Assembly (NCBI GenBank): GCA_051294375.1
Contig: JBJCIZ010000220.1
Span: 14,263-22,680, forward strand
DNA: 8,418 bases
Direction of reading: 5' to 3'
Origin: Paraspadella gotoi
Lineage: Eukaryota; Animalia; Chaetognatha
A program made the translations under genes and the position numbers. A model generated the notes under the pieces. It had not been told where the DNA came from and did not search any database. It was given only the letters and a program-made list of their open reading frames with translations. Of the stretch, positions 7,022 through 8,418 are shown piece by piece. The stretch's first letter is position 1, and each line of letters opens with the position of its first letter.

Positions 7022-7591
7022 AGTACATCCATCCTTATTAAACGGACTCTCATAATAGTGAGGGTTAGTGAATAGGTCAATGTGAAGGCTAGTGATAGTC
7101 CAATGTATTAAATCATTCCAGGTTCAATCGATGAGAGTTTAGACTTTTTTAGTCTTTTTATAAATCTTGAACTTTTCTCTGAAGTGGGTATATTGTGATA
7201 ACTGACTAAATTCCTAGTCTTCGGGGTTAGTGTGTCCTTAGTCTGATCTTCCTTGCTCACGATGTGAACCTTGCTCACGATCGGAGGCTCGACATGAGCC
7301 GCCACTTTTGTCCCATAAACTTTAAGGATGGAAGAATTCCTTTACATTTTTAGTTAATATCTAATGTAGTTTATCTTTGGTTATCTCTTGTTGTGCAATT
7401 CATAAGCTTAGCAATCAATCAAACAAAAATATTCTTACTTTATGAAAATTTATTTAACCTTTTCTCGTCGGATTAAACTCAAAGATGAGATTCATCACAA
7501 TATCACGATTTTTGATTGATTATAATTTGTTTACCGTTCATTGATTAGTTAATGAATTATTAATTAATGAGTTAATTTTGCATTGCTTCTG

Positions 7592-7629
7592 ATATTGCAA
7601 TTGCTTGTCGGCACAAGCAATTGAAATAT
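7592..7629. repeat. Inverted repeat/hairpin, 17-bp stem (16/17 paired), 4-nt loop
   Basis: ATATTGCAATTGCTTGT-cggc-ACAAGCAATTGAAATAT. Confidence 0.9.
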
Positions 7630-7735
7630 GAATTGGAATTTGAATATGCTTTGATTATTTAATTAAGGTAATTTTGTTAGCGAACCAAGCAAGATGGTTT
7701 TTGGATAAACTTTTATCAAAGTTCAAAAAATATTG

Positions 7736-7816
7736 ATTGGCGTCTCCACGCGCGTCAACGTCAGCGCCTCCGTCACTTCCGGTTTCGGCGCCATCGACTT
7801 TCGCTATCCACGCTAT
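7736..7816. promoter_or_regulatory. Compact GC/CpG-rich promoter-like island
   Basis: ATTGG (7736-7740), ACGCGCGT (7748-7755), CGTCA x3 (7753, 7759, 7771), CGTCACTTCCGG (7771-7782), GGCGCC (7787-7792), flanked by very AT-rich DNA. Confidence 0.55.
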
Positions 7817-8418
7817 TTACATTACTAAAGACCATTAATGTATAAAAAATTGTATTATAAATTTTAAAATTTACGCTATATTTATATATAAAGTAAGATT
7901 TCGTAAGATTTATTTGCAGATTTGGGTTCCTCAAAAAAAGTTGATACTAAAATATTTTTAAAATTCCTTCATTAAGTACCGAAATACAGAAATACCTATA
8001 GTTTTAGCTGAAAATTAAATTCTTTTTATACATTGAACTGTATATAAATATAGCCTACTGCAAAAATTGAAAAACATAATTTTGCAACTTTCATAAATTT
8101 ATTTTTAAAAAAATGTTTAATGATGGTATTTTGTTCATAACTGACTATTATAATTTTCAAAGGAATTGATGATAAAAATGATAAAAATCGAACGAATTGC
8201 GGAAAAAAAATTTCACCGTGAAAATCAGAGTCTGAAAGGATGATGGGCAGAAAAGGGAAAGAGAGAAAAAAGATAGGAAAAATTAGAGAAGTTGGGAGGG
8301 GGGAAATGAAAAAGAGAAGTGAACCGGAAAGCTAAAAAAGAAAAGTAGGGAATATAAATAAAAGGGCGGGAAATGAAAACCGGACGGAGGAAAAGAAAGG
8401 AAGAGAAAGAGAAAAAGG

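Noticed and set aside
6008-7080. E/R/G-rich minus-strand and L/S/P-rich ORFs over the CT and GA tracts
   Set aside because: CT/GA repeats lack stop codons, so these ORFs are expected by chance. Only the DFTPI frame is kept, as a low-confidence finding.
7893-8418. GTAAGATTT x2 and the purine-rich right end
   Set aside because: Short or low-complexity, with no ORF or structure supporting a function.

Overview
AT-rich eukaryotic DNA. The left two-thirds (minus strand, about 5507 to <1) holds the 5' part of a protein-primed family-B DNA polymerase (pPolB) gene of the Polinton/Maverick/adintovirus type. The ORF track shows it in pieces, but the pieces join into one apparent giant coding unit. From the N-terminus: four putative spliced exons (E/K coiled coil, basic stretch, S/T/H/P-rich disordered stretch), a canonical OTU-type cysteine protease, 3-4 zinc fingers, a terminal-protein-like region ending in GSGW, a second (vOTU-like) Cys/His protease, a zinc finger, and the 3'-5' exonuclease (ExoI/II/III) with an endonuclease-VII-like insert. 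The polymerase palm lies beyond the left edge. Every break in the frame can be repaired by adding one base (up to 11 inferred sites), which suggests long-read consensus error in a possibly intact gene; decay or recoding are alternatives. Upstream are a CpG-rich putative promoter, a CT-rich tract with a conserved 17-bp motif, tandem hairpins where purine/pyrimidine strand bias flips, direct repeats, a (GA)n microsatellite, a 17-bp-stem hairpin and a compact GC-rich promoter-like island. All assignments come from reading motifs by eye; no searches were run.
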